Positions 1 through 10,228 of a stretch of 18,609 bases of DNA are shown piece by piece (the stretch's first letter is position 1; each line of letters opens with the position of its first letter). Source of the stretch: Octopus sinensis. Taxonomy: Eukaryota. The notes under the pieces are model-generated. The model ran no database searches. It saw only the letters and a list, made by a program, of their open reading frames with translations, and was not told where the DNA came from. Position numbers and translations under genes: made by a program. The stretch lies in assembly GCF_006345805.1 (NCBI RefSeq), contig NW_021824470.1, forward strand, positions 1-18,609. The letters run 5' to 3'.

Positions 1-35
1 CGCTGAGGTGAGAGTATATGAGACGAAAGAATTTA

Positions 36-179
36 AAATAATAGTAATAATAATAATAATAATAGTAGTAATAATAATAATAATGATAATAATAATAATA
101 ATAATAATAATATCAATAACAATAATAATAATAATAATAATAATAAAATAATAATAATAATAATAATAACAATAATATT

Positions 180-212
<33 letters not shown>

Positions 213-271
213 TATAATAATAATAACAATAATATAATAATAATAATAATAATAACAATAACAATAATATT

Positions 272-312
<41 letters not shown>

Positions 313-325
313 TAATAATAATAAC

Positions 326-366
<41 letters not shown>

Positions 367-373
367 TAATATT

Positions 374-409
<36 letters not shown>

Positions 410-554
410 TAATAATAATAATAATAACAATAATAATAATAACAATAATAATAATAATAATAATAACAACAATAATAATAATCATTATAATAATAATAAC
501 AATAGTAATAATAATAATAATAATAACAACAACAACAACAATAATAATAATAAT
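36..554 (+). repeat. (AAT)n microsatellite with AAC/AGT/TTT interruptions
   Basis: About 520 bp of AAT triplets, read directly. It explains the poly-I/Y/L ORFs 33..617 and 212..472. Confidence 0.98.
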
Positions 555-1056
555 GGCGTTTGTTTTACAAAAAACCTTCAAGTAGATAAGAATATTCTCT
601 GGGTGTTGCCAGGACATATGAAAAATAAATTTTGTAATTTAAAAGAAGTCGAGTACACATGAAATCGTGATTAGGGAACAAGGTCGTGATTTCAAATACA
701 GGACCGAGAGGTGTTTTGCGCACAAGATACTTCATCTCATGTTACACAGCGACCATTTCAACACTTGACGTGTAGGGATGGTGACTAGCTGGAAAATGGA
801 TTTATTTTCCGGATATTAAAGAATTTCAGCCAATCACGTACCTCAAGGTGAAAATACTGCCACTCTCGTTTAAAAAAAATTGAGAATTATTACAACAGCG
901 TATTTCATTCAGTATGCTTATCGGATAGCAGCCGGAACGGGAGACTAAAAATTTATATGAGGCAATAGAATATTCAGATAAGTGGATACAACTTTTAATT
1001 TCAGTAAAAAATTTGAAACTGAAGTAATATTTGGAGTCGGCGTTATAAAGGTAAAC

Positions 1057-1459
1057 CAATTTTTATTACATTTCTTTTAAGAGTTATCATTTATATACAC
1101 ACACACATATGTATGATTTATTTTTCCCTCTCTCTCTATCTTTCTGTAACTATGTAACTTAATAGAATAATGTTGTTCCTGACAATCATTTGTCGGTGAG
1201 CATTTGGTTCCAAGCAACCATAACGTTGGTACATGCACGTCAGAATTATTATTTAAATATTTGTTTGTCCTGTTCATCCTATATATAGACTTCTACATAA
1301 ACACATATGCATAGGCGTGGCTATGTGGTAAGAAACATGTGTTGCAAGTAGATTGGTCCAGGTTCAGTTTCACTGCATGGCAATTTGGGAAAGTGTCTTC
1401 TACTATAGCCTCGGGCCGACCAAAGCCTTACGAGTGGATTTGGTAGACGGAAACCGAAA
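1057..1459 (+). repeat. Copy A of a local ~350-400 bp duplication (flank plus SINE head); copy B is 2495-2839
   Basis: Shared blocks include caattttt(a/g)ttac, gatttatttttccctctctctctatctttct, aaatatttgtttgtcctgt and gagtggatttgg..gacggaaaccgaaa. Copy A carries an extra ~53 bp (1178-1230). Confidence 0.9.
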
Positions 1460-1489
1460 GAAGTTCTTTATATATATATATATACATAC

Positions 1490-1531
<42 letters not shown>

Positions 1532-1557
1532 ATATAATATATATATATATATGTATG

Positions 1558-1597
<40 letters not shown>

Positions 1598-1858
1598 TAT
1601 ATATGTATTGATGTATATGGGTGTGTGTGTGAGTTTGTTTGTGTATGTTTATTACCCATTCTTATCTTGAAAGCAGGTTTTTTAGGCCCCCCTCCTTAAC
1701 ATTGCGGTTCGGCAAAAGAGGCCAATAAAATAAGTACTTGGCTTACAAAGAATAAGCCCTGATGTCAATTTTTGGGGCTTCAAGGCTTTTGATATGGTGC
1801 TCCAGCATGGGCGCAGGCAAATGACTTCAACAAGTAAAAGATTTAAAGAAAAAGAATA
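1311..1858 (+). mobile_element. tRNA-derived SINE (octopus-type) with an internal (TA)n/(TG)n microsatellite
   Basis: Head: ggcgtggctatgtggtaag...ggttcagt (A/B-box-like), then gtgtcttctactatagcctcgggccgaccaaagcc...gagtggatttggtagacggaaac. Internal TA/TG tract at 1468-1640. Tail: gcggttcggcaaaagag...aataagtact..gcttacaaagaataag...gtgctccagcatgg..gcag..aaatgact..aacaagtaaaaga. The family match is from memory, not a database search. Confidence 0.8.
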
Positions 1859-1864
1859 CACATT

Positions 1865-2060
1865 TATATATGTGTGTGTATACATCTAAATGCGTATAAA
1901 ATATATATCTATGTATTTATATACCTATATATATACGTGTGTGTGTGTGTGTGTGTGTGTCTGTGTGTGTGTGTGAATGTTTCGCTTCGTACATATGTGC
2001 ATGTATTCACACACGCAAGTAGACACACGCCCGCATATACATACATATATACATACATGC

Positions 2061-2132
<72 letters not shown>

Positions 2133-2272
2133 GTATATATATACAAATATACATATATATACATATATATATACAAATGTACATAGATATACACACTCAT
2201 GTGCACACACACACTCATACACACACATATAGTTGTGCGTGTTTGTGTATGTATATATATCCTCATGCATCT
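1865..2272. repeat. Compound (TA)n/(TG)n/(CA)n microsatellite
   Basis: Read directly. Source of the spurious IY/VC/TH ORFs. Confidence 0.95.
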
Positions 2273-2349
2273 TTATATAACCATACATGATTACATATGA
2301 CACCGCGTAGCAATTCTTTGTCCTAAAATCCTAGATTGCCACCTACTAA

Positions 2350-2494
2350 GTGGTTTCTGGATTAGGTAGAATGCCAGTGGTTTTGTTATTGTGGGGAAGG
2401 TGGACTGTCGACTAATTGGACTTCAGTACCTCTGAGAAATGAAAGGCAAAGGGGAGTTCGACAGGAAAGGAACTCAGAACGCAAATAGTGAAAT
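2350..2494 (-). mobile_element. Degenerate SINE fragment (second family)
   Basis: gggaaggtggactgtcgactaattggacttcagtac...atgaaaggcaaagg..g...gaactcagaacg. The reverse complement gives a B-box-like ttctgagttcc followed by ctttgcctttcat. Confidence 0.55.
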
Positions 2495-2839
2495 CAATTT
2501 TTGTTACTTTTCTTTTAAGATTTAACATTTATACACACACACGTATATATGATTTATTTTTCCCTCTCTCTCTATCTTTCTATAACTATGCAACTTAATA
2601 GAATAACTTTGTTACACGCACGTCAGAAATATTATTTAAATATTTGTTTGTCCTGTCCATCGTATATATAGACTTATACATAACACACATGCATAGGCGT
2701 GGCTGTGTGGTAAAAACTTGCTCCGCAAGCACGTAGATCCAGATTCAGTTTCCACTGCATGGCATTTTGGGAAATTGTTTTCTACTATAGTCTCGGGAAC
2801 CAAATCTTTGTGAGTGGATTGGGCAGACGGAAACCGAAA
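2495..2839 (+). repeat. Copy B of the local duplication, including a 3'-truncated SINE head (about 2690-2839)
   Basis: Aligns with 1057-1459. The SINE stops after gacggaaaccgaaa and abuts the truncated hAT transposase. Confidence 0.88.
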
Positions 2840-2869
2840 TTTTATAGGTTCTGTTGATTTGGGGTAATC

Positions 2870-5370
2870 CTGTATATGTTGAGCTAAAGGGTGAAAGCCG
2901 AGCTGAGGCGATTTTCTTCAAGAATTGAATCTTTCAGGCAACGTCTCCCAGCGATTGAAGATGGCAACTGAATTCTGTAAGCTGCTTCTTTCAAGAGATT
3001 TTCGTAATTCCATATATTTTCCCCCCATAATTCTGAGTGGTTAATTCAATCATTTCCACTTCAAAACTATCCTGTATATTTGTTTTTGAGCCAAAATGTG
3101 AGAGATTAAATGAGTTCGTTTTCAATCCCTCAAAGTCGGGTTTCATGAGAAATGAAAATATAGGAGCATCTGTTTTCGAAATATTTATCTCACTTGGAAA
3201 ATTCTTCTTTCAACGTTGCAATATATTTTTGAAGTTCGTTTTTATTAAATATTAAATCGATTTGAATAATCTTTACATTTGGAAAGTATTTTTATGTATT
3301 GCTAAATTTATCACGCAAAAAAATCTGATTTTAACAAAATCCTTTCCAATATTCAAAAACATCAAGTACTGTTTGACCTCTCTCTTGTAAATGCAAATTT
3401 TAATCATTCAAGTACCTGTCACTTAGAAGCATCAGTTTAAATAACCCGTCTTCGTTGTTCAATTCTGGCAACTGTTTCCTTTCAAGAAATATTCTTCTAA
3501 GCATGATACAAATCTGTTCAAAACATTACCCCGACAAAGCCAACGTCTGTAAGGACCGTGCGATGCGAGTTGACAAGAATGGCTCTTTAGTACCACATCA
3601 CACAGCCCTTACAATAAAGAGAAAATTGATAGTACCATCTATTTGCCAGATGGATAAAGGAGACAACCGCGTAGAATGATTAAAAGAAGATTATTGATAT
3701 GTTAACAGATGTGTCTGTGTGTGCATCATGTATACTGAACGATAGACATGCCGTCATGAGAACAGAATGTATGCGTATGGGTTCATAGATGTAGGAGACA
3801 ATTAGAGGTATATGTTGAACGTGATGTCGTGGCTGTGATGCTGCTGCCTGGGTAACTTGTACAGGAATTCATACTGGTTGTATATTTGTTGTTGACCCAT
3901 GATGAAGTAATTCATGAACAGTGAAGTGTTGGAACCTGGGTGCATCGCTTGCAGAGCTGTGTACATAGAGAGATGATGTTGAAGACGTTAAGGACATGGT
4001 GATAGCGACGAAGATGGAGGTTGTTGGAATGCTGTTGGACAAAGTTGGTAAGTCTCTGGAACTGGCTGTGTCTTTGTGTCAGAGGCTAGTCCTTAAAAGG
4101 TCTGGAACCAAAAGACGAAAGGAGAAAAGGGGGAGCGTTTATAAGGAGAAGTAGGCCAAAACGGGGTAGAGAACAGGCTGACTCCGACTGGTTATACGCG
4201 GCAGTTTGGCGCGACAAATTGCGCCAATACCAACTAATCAGAGTAGTGGACAGAACGGGATCCAAATAGCGGCAAAAGGCTAGCTGTTCCGTGCTACTCT
4301 CGAATGCACGTATATATAATAAATGGGAGAGAGAAATTTTTAACCGAGTCTACGCTGCAGGACTTTACTGTGAAGTGGGAAGTCTGCATATTCGCTGTCC
4401 AGTTCCTGCAGAAGAGACTTAAATTGTCTGTGAGTCAGTGAAGAGCAAGAAACCATGAAGGTAACTATTTTAACAACAGTTTTCCACGACAGAACTCAAG
4501 CTTTGTGACGAAAGTTTTGCAACTAAATTTTCCTGATGTACAATGCAATTAAAACACATTAAACTGCGTGAAATGTGATTTTCAAGACGCTTAATAAATC
4601 TTTTTTCCTTTCCACCCTGCACGTGCACCACCAGTAGTAATACAAAATATTTTTTTGTATTAATGGCTTGATTTTCGAAATAATTTAGAAATGCAGTCAG
4701 AATGTCCTGTCCTGTAGATGTATTGGTAAGAGGAATCAAACAACATGATTCTTCGTAAATACGATCATTGTCGCAGTATCTTGCAACAATTGCTAGGTGC
4801 GCCATGTCATTCACTTGAGTACTTTCATCGATAGGGGTCACTGAATGCAGCAGCATTTTGTAATCTAACTTTCTGTGTTATAATTATGTTTTCAGCTATA
4901 TCAGTTACACGTCTCTCAACTGATCATGCAGAAGTTGGTATTTCTTGAATTCGAGACAGTATTTATTCAGCGTTTGCTTAATCACTGAACAAAAGTTTTG
5001 CACTTCTCAGAAAATCTTTTTTGATAAATTCTCCGACTGTTAAAGGTTTACCTTTCTCAGCTCTACATTGAGCAATTGTCTAACTACATTATTTGGCTTC
5101 ATTGTTGGTTCCAAGCATTTGAACAAAAACAGAAGTGCTTTTATTGTAACTAGAAATAGCCCTTTTTATGATTTGCCTTTTATCATCAGCGTTTTTTAGA
5201 CATAGTCTGGTGTCTAGTTTGATAGTGTCTTTGTACACTTGATGTACGACATACGACAAATTCACAGCAGAACGCACACACAACTCGATTTTGTTGTACA
5301 AATCCATACTCAGTGCTCCAGAAATCTTGAAACGAACGTCAATTTTGGTCCTTTGTTATTCAATTTGGGG
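2870..5370 (-). pseudogene. Decayed hAT transposase (~560 aa after removing the insert; many stops and frameshifts)
   Basis: Motifs in the correct order on the minus strand: BED-like VCAFCCE..RHYQTRH (~5290-5210), KGKPLTVGEFIK, DEST (first catalytic D), TTGG (decayed TTDG), CIVHQE, LTHRQF..HSKV|RWLCRG, LFKLM..NLHLQERGQTV..WKGF, WETLPERFNS.KKIA...FSSTY. Confidence 0.92.
3548..4359 (-). mobile_element. Solo-LTR-like insertion (812 bp) inside the hAT transposase
   Basis: Boundaries are defined by the interrupted hAT frame. Ends are TG...CA (TGTAAGG at 3548, GCTGCA at 4359). A minus-strand TATAAA at ~4137-4142 is followed by a pyrimidine-rich tract. No coding motifs were recognised. The TSD is not clean (cgtc vs ggac). 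Confidence 0.65.
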
Positions 5371-6429
5371 CACTATATATTGATAATGATATGACAGTGT
5401 ATAACCCCTTAAATTAGGTTCTACAAATAAAAAAAACTAAATAAAATAATTAGAATAAAATAAATAGTAAAAAAGAATGAAATTAATTTAGAATTAATTT
5501 TTTGTAATAATAAAATAATTAGATTAAAATAATGATATGATAAACAAAAAAATATATACCCAAAAGATCAGACAACTTGACTCCCGAAGGAGAAATTGAA
5601 ACCTAAGAAAATTTTTGACTTTTCATGTTTAATTTCCTTTTGAAAACCCTACTCGTTACCCCCGCTTTTTCTTCCCAAATTGTGAGAATATTTTAAAAGC
5701 GTCTACTTATAGACGACCCGCATGTAGCAGCCGATTTTAAAGAGTGTATTTATTTAGACTGGCTGCTGTAAAGTGGTCAACCAAGTTTAACATAGTATGA
5801 TCTGCACTGCTAATATACAGCCGAGTTCGAAACAACAAGCGTTCGCACCTCTAGCTCCCGGCTTCAGTAATAAAGTCCATAGAAATGCTTTCAGCACCAG
5901 CTTACAAACAAATTAATGAGCTAACATTCATAATTTCGTATCAAAATTGTGTTCAGTAGTACTATATTTTTAAGGAAATGTAATACTACCAAATACAACT
6001 AACTTCAGATAGTTTAGGCTAGAATAGATGGATCGTAAAAAAGATATGTAAATAATTATTATGATGTCGCTTCCTCAGAGTTAGTTATAAATAAAATTTT
6101 ACTTTTATTTTTTGCCAAGTGGTGTGCATGCCATTGTGAATTGTTCCGCGTGCTACACATGACACGCGTGCCACAGGTTACAGACACCTGGTCTAGACAC
6201 TCCAAGGAGAAAACCTCCAGAGTCTGAAGATGTTCAGCTATCCTGAACGTGTCGAGGCATAACAGCCACCAGACTGAGGACACCTCCGTTACTACTGTTC
6301 ACGACGTCAGGACCACCAACTTACCTTCTGGGTCCAGGAAGATAATCTTTGTGTTAGATCCAGGCGTCTCTGGACAACACTGCCATTCCACCCCCGCACC
6401 CCTCATTCCCGTTTGACATGGAAATAATA

Positions 6430-7560
6430 TCAGGCTGAGTAAAAAGTAAGCAGCACGTTTGAAACATGAAATTCATCACAATTATTTCACCAATGCGGAA
6501 ATTTATTATCAAAAGTCTGTACCATTAATATAAACACATTTTTGCCAATGAGTTACAAAGTTTGTTTATTCCGTTAACATAAAAATCTGGAGTTCTGGAG
6601 TTGATGGACTTTTTGAACGCGCTTTCAGCATCGGTTTGATTTTTCAACTCCTTCTCTCGAGGAAACTATAAAGATACTTGAAAAAGTGGTAGTCGTTGGG
6701 AGAAGGTTGGGAATAAGCTGAGTAGGGAATATCTTCGTAGCCAGATTCCCTAAACCTCTGGGGCGTCATTAGTGAAACGTGTGGTCGAGTATTGTCATGA
6801 AGAATGATTGACCTCTTCTGTTGACCAGTCTGAGACAGAGGAGTAGCAATTTTTCGTTCATATTGGCAATTCTTGGTAATATGTTTCTGCAGTAATGGAT
6901 TTTCTGGGTTTTAATAAGTTATAGTGGATGAGTCCAACAAGCACATCACTAAACAATCACCATAATCTCTTTTGAAGAGATCGGGTTTAGGGAAGCTTTT
7001 CGGTGCTTCATTTGGTCCATCCACTGCGAAAAACATTTTCTATTATTATACAGAATCTACTTTTCATCGCAAATACGGTCAAGAATTGGATCGGTCTGGT
7101 TTCATCGAAGAAGCGACGAGCACATTTCATAAGTTCACATTTTCTGATTTTCATTCAAATCGTGTGGTACTCAAATGTCGAGCTTTCTGATTTTCCGATC
7201 GCATGCAAATGGTTTCAGGCATTTTCTGGCTGACTTGAAGTTCTTTTGCCAGTTCTCGAGTGGTTTTACGCGGTCTTTCTCAATGACAATCTTCAGTTGA
7301 CCATCATCCGGACAGACGGGCGTCCACTACGCTCACGATCTTCAGGTTTCCACTGCTAAATCGTTTTAAAACCTTTTCAAACTGACCACTCACTGGTCAT
7401 TCCTCACCAAATTTAGTTGACATCGTGAGCAGTTTCAGCTGCTTTACATCCTTTTTGATGTTGAATAGCAAAATTGCTCGAATATCGTGCTTTGACAGTT
7501 GCATTTCAGATGATTGCAACAACGGGAAAATATATCAATGTTAATTTATTGATGCATTTG
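6430..7560 (-). mobile_element. mariner (Tc1/mariner, D,D~34D) transposon with a decayed transposase at ~6505-7504; only one end recognisable
   Basis: Minus-strand translation gives MQLSKHDIRAILLF, EDRERSGRPS, (W)VPHDL, CDEK(W)ILYNN, HDNTRPHV, YS.PSPNDYHFF and HWQKCV..NG. A TA is followed by TCAGGCTGAGTAAAAAGTAAGC at 6428-6451, a probable TIR. No matching opposite TIR was found. Confidence 0.93.
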
Positions 7561-7569
7561 GGAAAGTCT

Positions 7570-8390
7570 ATGTCTGAATTGTCTGTGTGTTTTGGGTTCT
7601 GTTCTTTTTCTTTGTGTGTTTCAGGCGACTACTTGCCATTTTGTCTTTCGTCGTCCCTATCCGCGCAAGGTATGTCTGAGTGCTCCGAACAGGGAGGGGC
7701 AAATCGTGTAGAGCTTTTTGCCGTTGTCCTATTCATAACGTTGTTGCTTTTTTGGTGGCGGGGACCGGGGTTGATGCTGTTGTTTTTGCTGCTGCCCGTG
7801 CTGCTGCGATTAGTGTTGCTGCTACTGTTACTATTGATTTTGTAGCCGCGATGGTCACCTGCCTCTGTTGGTGCTGTTGCTATTGTTGTTATTGTTGCTG
7901 TGGTGGTGGCGGTGGTGGTGGCGGTGGTGGTGGTGTTGATGATGTTGGCAAAATTGAGAGGCTCCTTTCTCTAATTTGTTGTGGGCAATAGAAGATCTTT
8001 AGATGATTTGTGTTCCCACACAGATGATACCGAAACCATCAGCTTTCAAAGGCCACGTGGAGGTTGGTGCCACCGTGTGAATTTATGATATCTGGAATTG
8101 TGTCCAGATTTTGGCTGTCCATTTTCACCCACAATTTTAGGCCTTGACCAGAATAGTTTTGTTAGTAAAGTTTCCGCATCTGTAAGATGCTCGTTTTGAC
8201 CTATATGTCCAAGAGGACATCTACCACCAAGAATCAGCTGTCTATTTCTGGTGGTGGTGTGTCTTCTTTTTTAGGTCAAAGTGGATTGATTCCTGCCTTC
8301 TATCATTTTTCTGTTATGTTTTTGTTGGTGCTGATGGTTGTGATGCTGTTGTGTTGTTGTTGTTGCTACTGCTGTCTTTGCTTGTTTCTC
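7570..8390 (-). pseudogene. Degenerate gag-like ORF1 of a non-LTR retrotransposon (L1/Tx1-like) with a zinc-knuckle remnant and a P/T/A-rich tail
   Basis: A largely single-frame minus-strand translation with scattered stops: GQGLKLWVKMDSQNLDTIPDIINSHGGTNLHVAFES*WFRYHLCGNTNHLKIFYCP, a decayed CX2CX4HX4C, followed by poly-P/T/A. The clade assignment is inference. Confidence 0.5.
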
Positions 8391-8516
8391 AAAATATTCA
8401 GAAGCGGAGGTGACAAAATGTCAAAACGGATGATGTAAGAACCTTTACTTGCCTCGATTTGGAAGCCAGACTGAACTTTTCTTTTTAAAATATAATTTGT
8501 AGTTTTTAAAACTCAA

Positions 8517-8593
8517 AATTCGCCTTTAAGGGGCGAATTCTGGCCACCGCAGCTAGCCCCGCTTACAGCGAGGTGGGTTCTGTGGTCAATAAA
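8517..8593 (+). other. Two adjacent GC-rich stem-loops followed by AATAAA; possible 3' end of a LINE
   Basis: aattcgcc/ggcgaatt (8517-8539). tggccac/gtggtca encloses agccc/gggtt and cgct/agcg (8541-8588). AATAAA is at 8588-8593. Confidence 0.35.
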
Positions 8594-8690
8594 ATTTTGA
8601 AAACAACATTGTAACAACAAATTCTAAAGAAAACTTAGAGCTCCGAACAACTAGTCTCCAAAACCGACACAAATAATAATAATAACAATA

Positions 8691-8878
8691 AAGAAATGAG
8701 AAACTTTCAAAATACAAAGACCTGGAGATAGAGGTAACTCGAACGAGGAATCTAAAAACAGAAACAATTCCTATCATAGTAAGTGCATTAGGCATGATAA
8801 AAAATTATTCAGACAAATACATAACAAAAACACCAGGATTTACAAACACATATAACATACAGAAAATTGCATTGTTGA
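8691..8878 (+). mobile_element. C-terminal remnant of an R4/Dong-like non-LTR retrotransposon (restriction-like endonuclease tail)
   Basis: The frame starting at 8701 reads KLSKYKDLEIEVTRTRNLKTETIPIIVSALGMIKNYSDKYITKTPGFTNTYNIQKIALL. This fits the KxxKY..L...(W)......PiivGalG...IQK.aLL pattern. It begins directly after a short (AAT)n run (8671-8690). Confidence 0.75.
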
Positions 8879-8893
8879 ATTATTCTTTTAGAA

Positions 8894-9679
8894 CAGTATT
8901 TCTCAACGAGGATATCAGAGGAGAGTTTCAGGGAGTCGCTAGCGATATATTGTGATGATCAAAAATCCAACCTGCTAAAATTTGGTTAGTGATTCAAACT
9001 GCAGACTCAACGCAAAATGGTCACATTTAATTCAAAGCGTTAAAAATGGTATGAAAACAATTGGTATGAGTTCACAAAGTCCAAACGATTAATAGGGAAA
9101 AACCCTCCAGGCTACATCCCGAAAATTCATTTCTTTGCCGAATTTCTACAATGTTTACGGCGATTCGTCTTGCTTTTTTATTTTTCATGCAATTTACGCA
9201 TGCTTGCACGCGTGGTGAACACAGTTCACGTCAAACAGCTGACTGAGTAAAGTTCACTATTCAATGCATGGGAGAAGGCCTAAACAAACACATTATCGAT
9301 TTTTGCACTTGCGAGATGAATTTCGGAACAGAAATAGCGCAGTTCAATTTTCATTCGCCTAAACTTTAAGTGACCCATGTTTGGTGGTTCTACGATTTTT
9401 GGTTAGGAGGGGATGTGCCGGGAAGTAAAAAACACAGACACACACACAGATACACAGATAGACACACAAGTTGAGTTTTATATATATAGATTTACGTTCA
9501 TGCTTTATTCTTGTTTTCAGTAAAAAAAAAAGTAAGTAAAATGAAATCATGAAAGTGTATTTTAGGAAAAATGTGTATGATGCTTCTAAAACTGGGGTAC
9601 AGGAAAAATCCTTTGATACAATACAGTTGCTTGTGGGGTCCCATCGGATTTAACGACCCAACCGGGTTTACAACCACTG
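8894..9679. mobile_element. Probable degenerate non-autonomous hAT element (MITE)
   Basis: Left end CAGTATTTCTCAAC follows TTTTAGAA. The right end reverse-complements to CAGTGGTTGTAAAC (10/14 match) and has subterminal ggggtccc/gaccc motifs. The 8-bp flanks do not match, so these could be two separate fragments. Confidence 0.45.
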
Positions 9680-10016
9680 CGTATTTAGGGTCTACGAAAC
9701 TCATGGTTCGCTAGTTTGTATATATATATATTACACCCCCTCCGAGTATGGTTACAGATGTGTGTAGGAGTGCGTTTGTGTTTGTGTGTGTGAGTTTGGT
9801 GTTTTCTTTGATATTATTACGCGTTAAAGCTATAATATTTTTATAAATTCTTCACACTAATTTATCGAAATTTAATTTTTAGCTTTAAATATCCAATCAC
9901 GAAAAAAATATATTTGTCATGTGGAACAGGGGTGAATTTTAGTTCCTTCGGAGAATCTGCAATTTGAAGTTAATAACATTGAAATCTCTGACATTTCCTA
10001 TTTTCTTCTTTTACAG

Positions 10017-10228
10017 ATAAATCTACGCCTGGCAACATGTTTCACCACGTAGTAATATAGACGGTCTCTTGTGTTGATACTGTGTACGATATTGTTTTTG
10101 GAGACTCAAGCTGATTCAGATATATGCAAGATATGTACTTGCAATTCACTTACAACCAATATAGATTGTTGTGTACATCGCAATTTACCATCGATTCCAC
10201 AACCAATTCCGACGAATGTTGAATATTT
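10017..10228 (+). CDS. Exon A of an extracellular LRR protein gene: signal peptide plus LRR N-terminal cap; apparent 2-nt frameshift near 10055-10060
   Basis: Acceptor: ctctgac...tttcctattttcttcttttacag|. Start: caacATG at 10037. Donor: tt|gtaagt at 10229. The downstream frame reads YRRSLVLILCTILFLETQA-DSDICKICTCNSLTTNIDCCVHRNLPSIPQPIPTNVEY(L), a hydrophobic leader plus a CxxCxC...C....L..IP..IP LRRNT. As written, the ATG frame stops at TAG 10058-10060; adding AT to ATAT restores the join. Confidence 0.8.

Larger units (their letters stand above)
2870..6190 (-). mobile_element. hAT-superfamily DNA transposon (Charlie/SPIN/GTF2IRD2-EPM2AIP1-like); 5' end intact, 3' end missing, interrupted at 3548-4359
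   Basis: The minus-strand terminus reads CAGGTGTCTGTAACCTGTGGCACGCGTGTCATGTGTAGCACGCGG (6190 to 6146). It is flanked by GTCTAGAC (6191-6198), which fits the NTCTAGAN hAT target preference. A degenerate transposase lies inside. Confidence 0.9.

Noticed and set aside
1005-1050. Possible 46-nt exon ttcag|TAAAAAATTTG...ATAAAG|gtaaac (KKFETEVIFGVGVIK)
   Set aside because: The splice sites are only moderate, there is no recognisable domain and no partner exons were found.
1311-1400. tRNA-like A/B boxes
   Set aside because: This is a SINE head with no cloverleaf, not a tRNA gene.
33-2303. Long ORFs rich in I/Y/L/V/C/T/H
   Set aside because: They are translations of AAT, TA, TG and CA microsatellites.
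6199-6427. GC-richer island between the hAT and the mariner, faintly like the RTE RT C-terminus (LQTLEVFSLECL)
   Set aside because: The similarity is too weak to call without a database search.
8517-8542. Resemblance to the TOPO cloning junction GAATTCGCCCTTAAGGGCGAATTCTG
   Set aside because: It has one substitution and one extra base, and no other vector sequence on either side. A natural palindrome is more likely.
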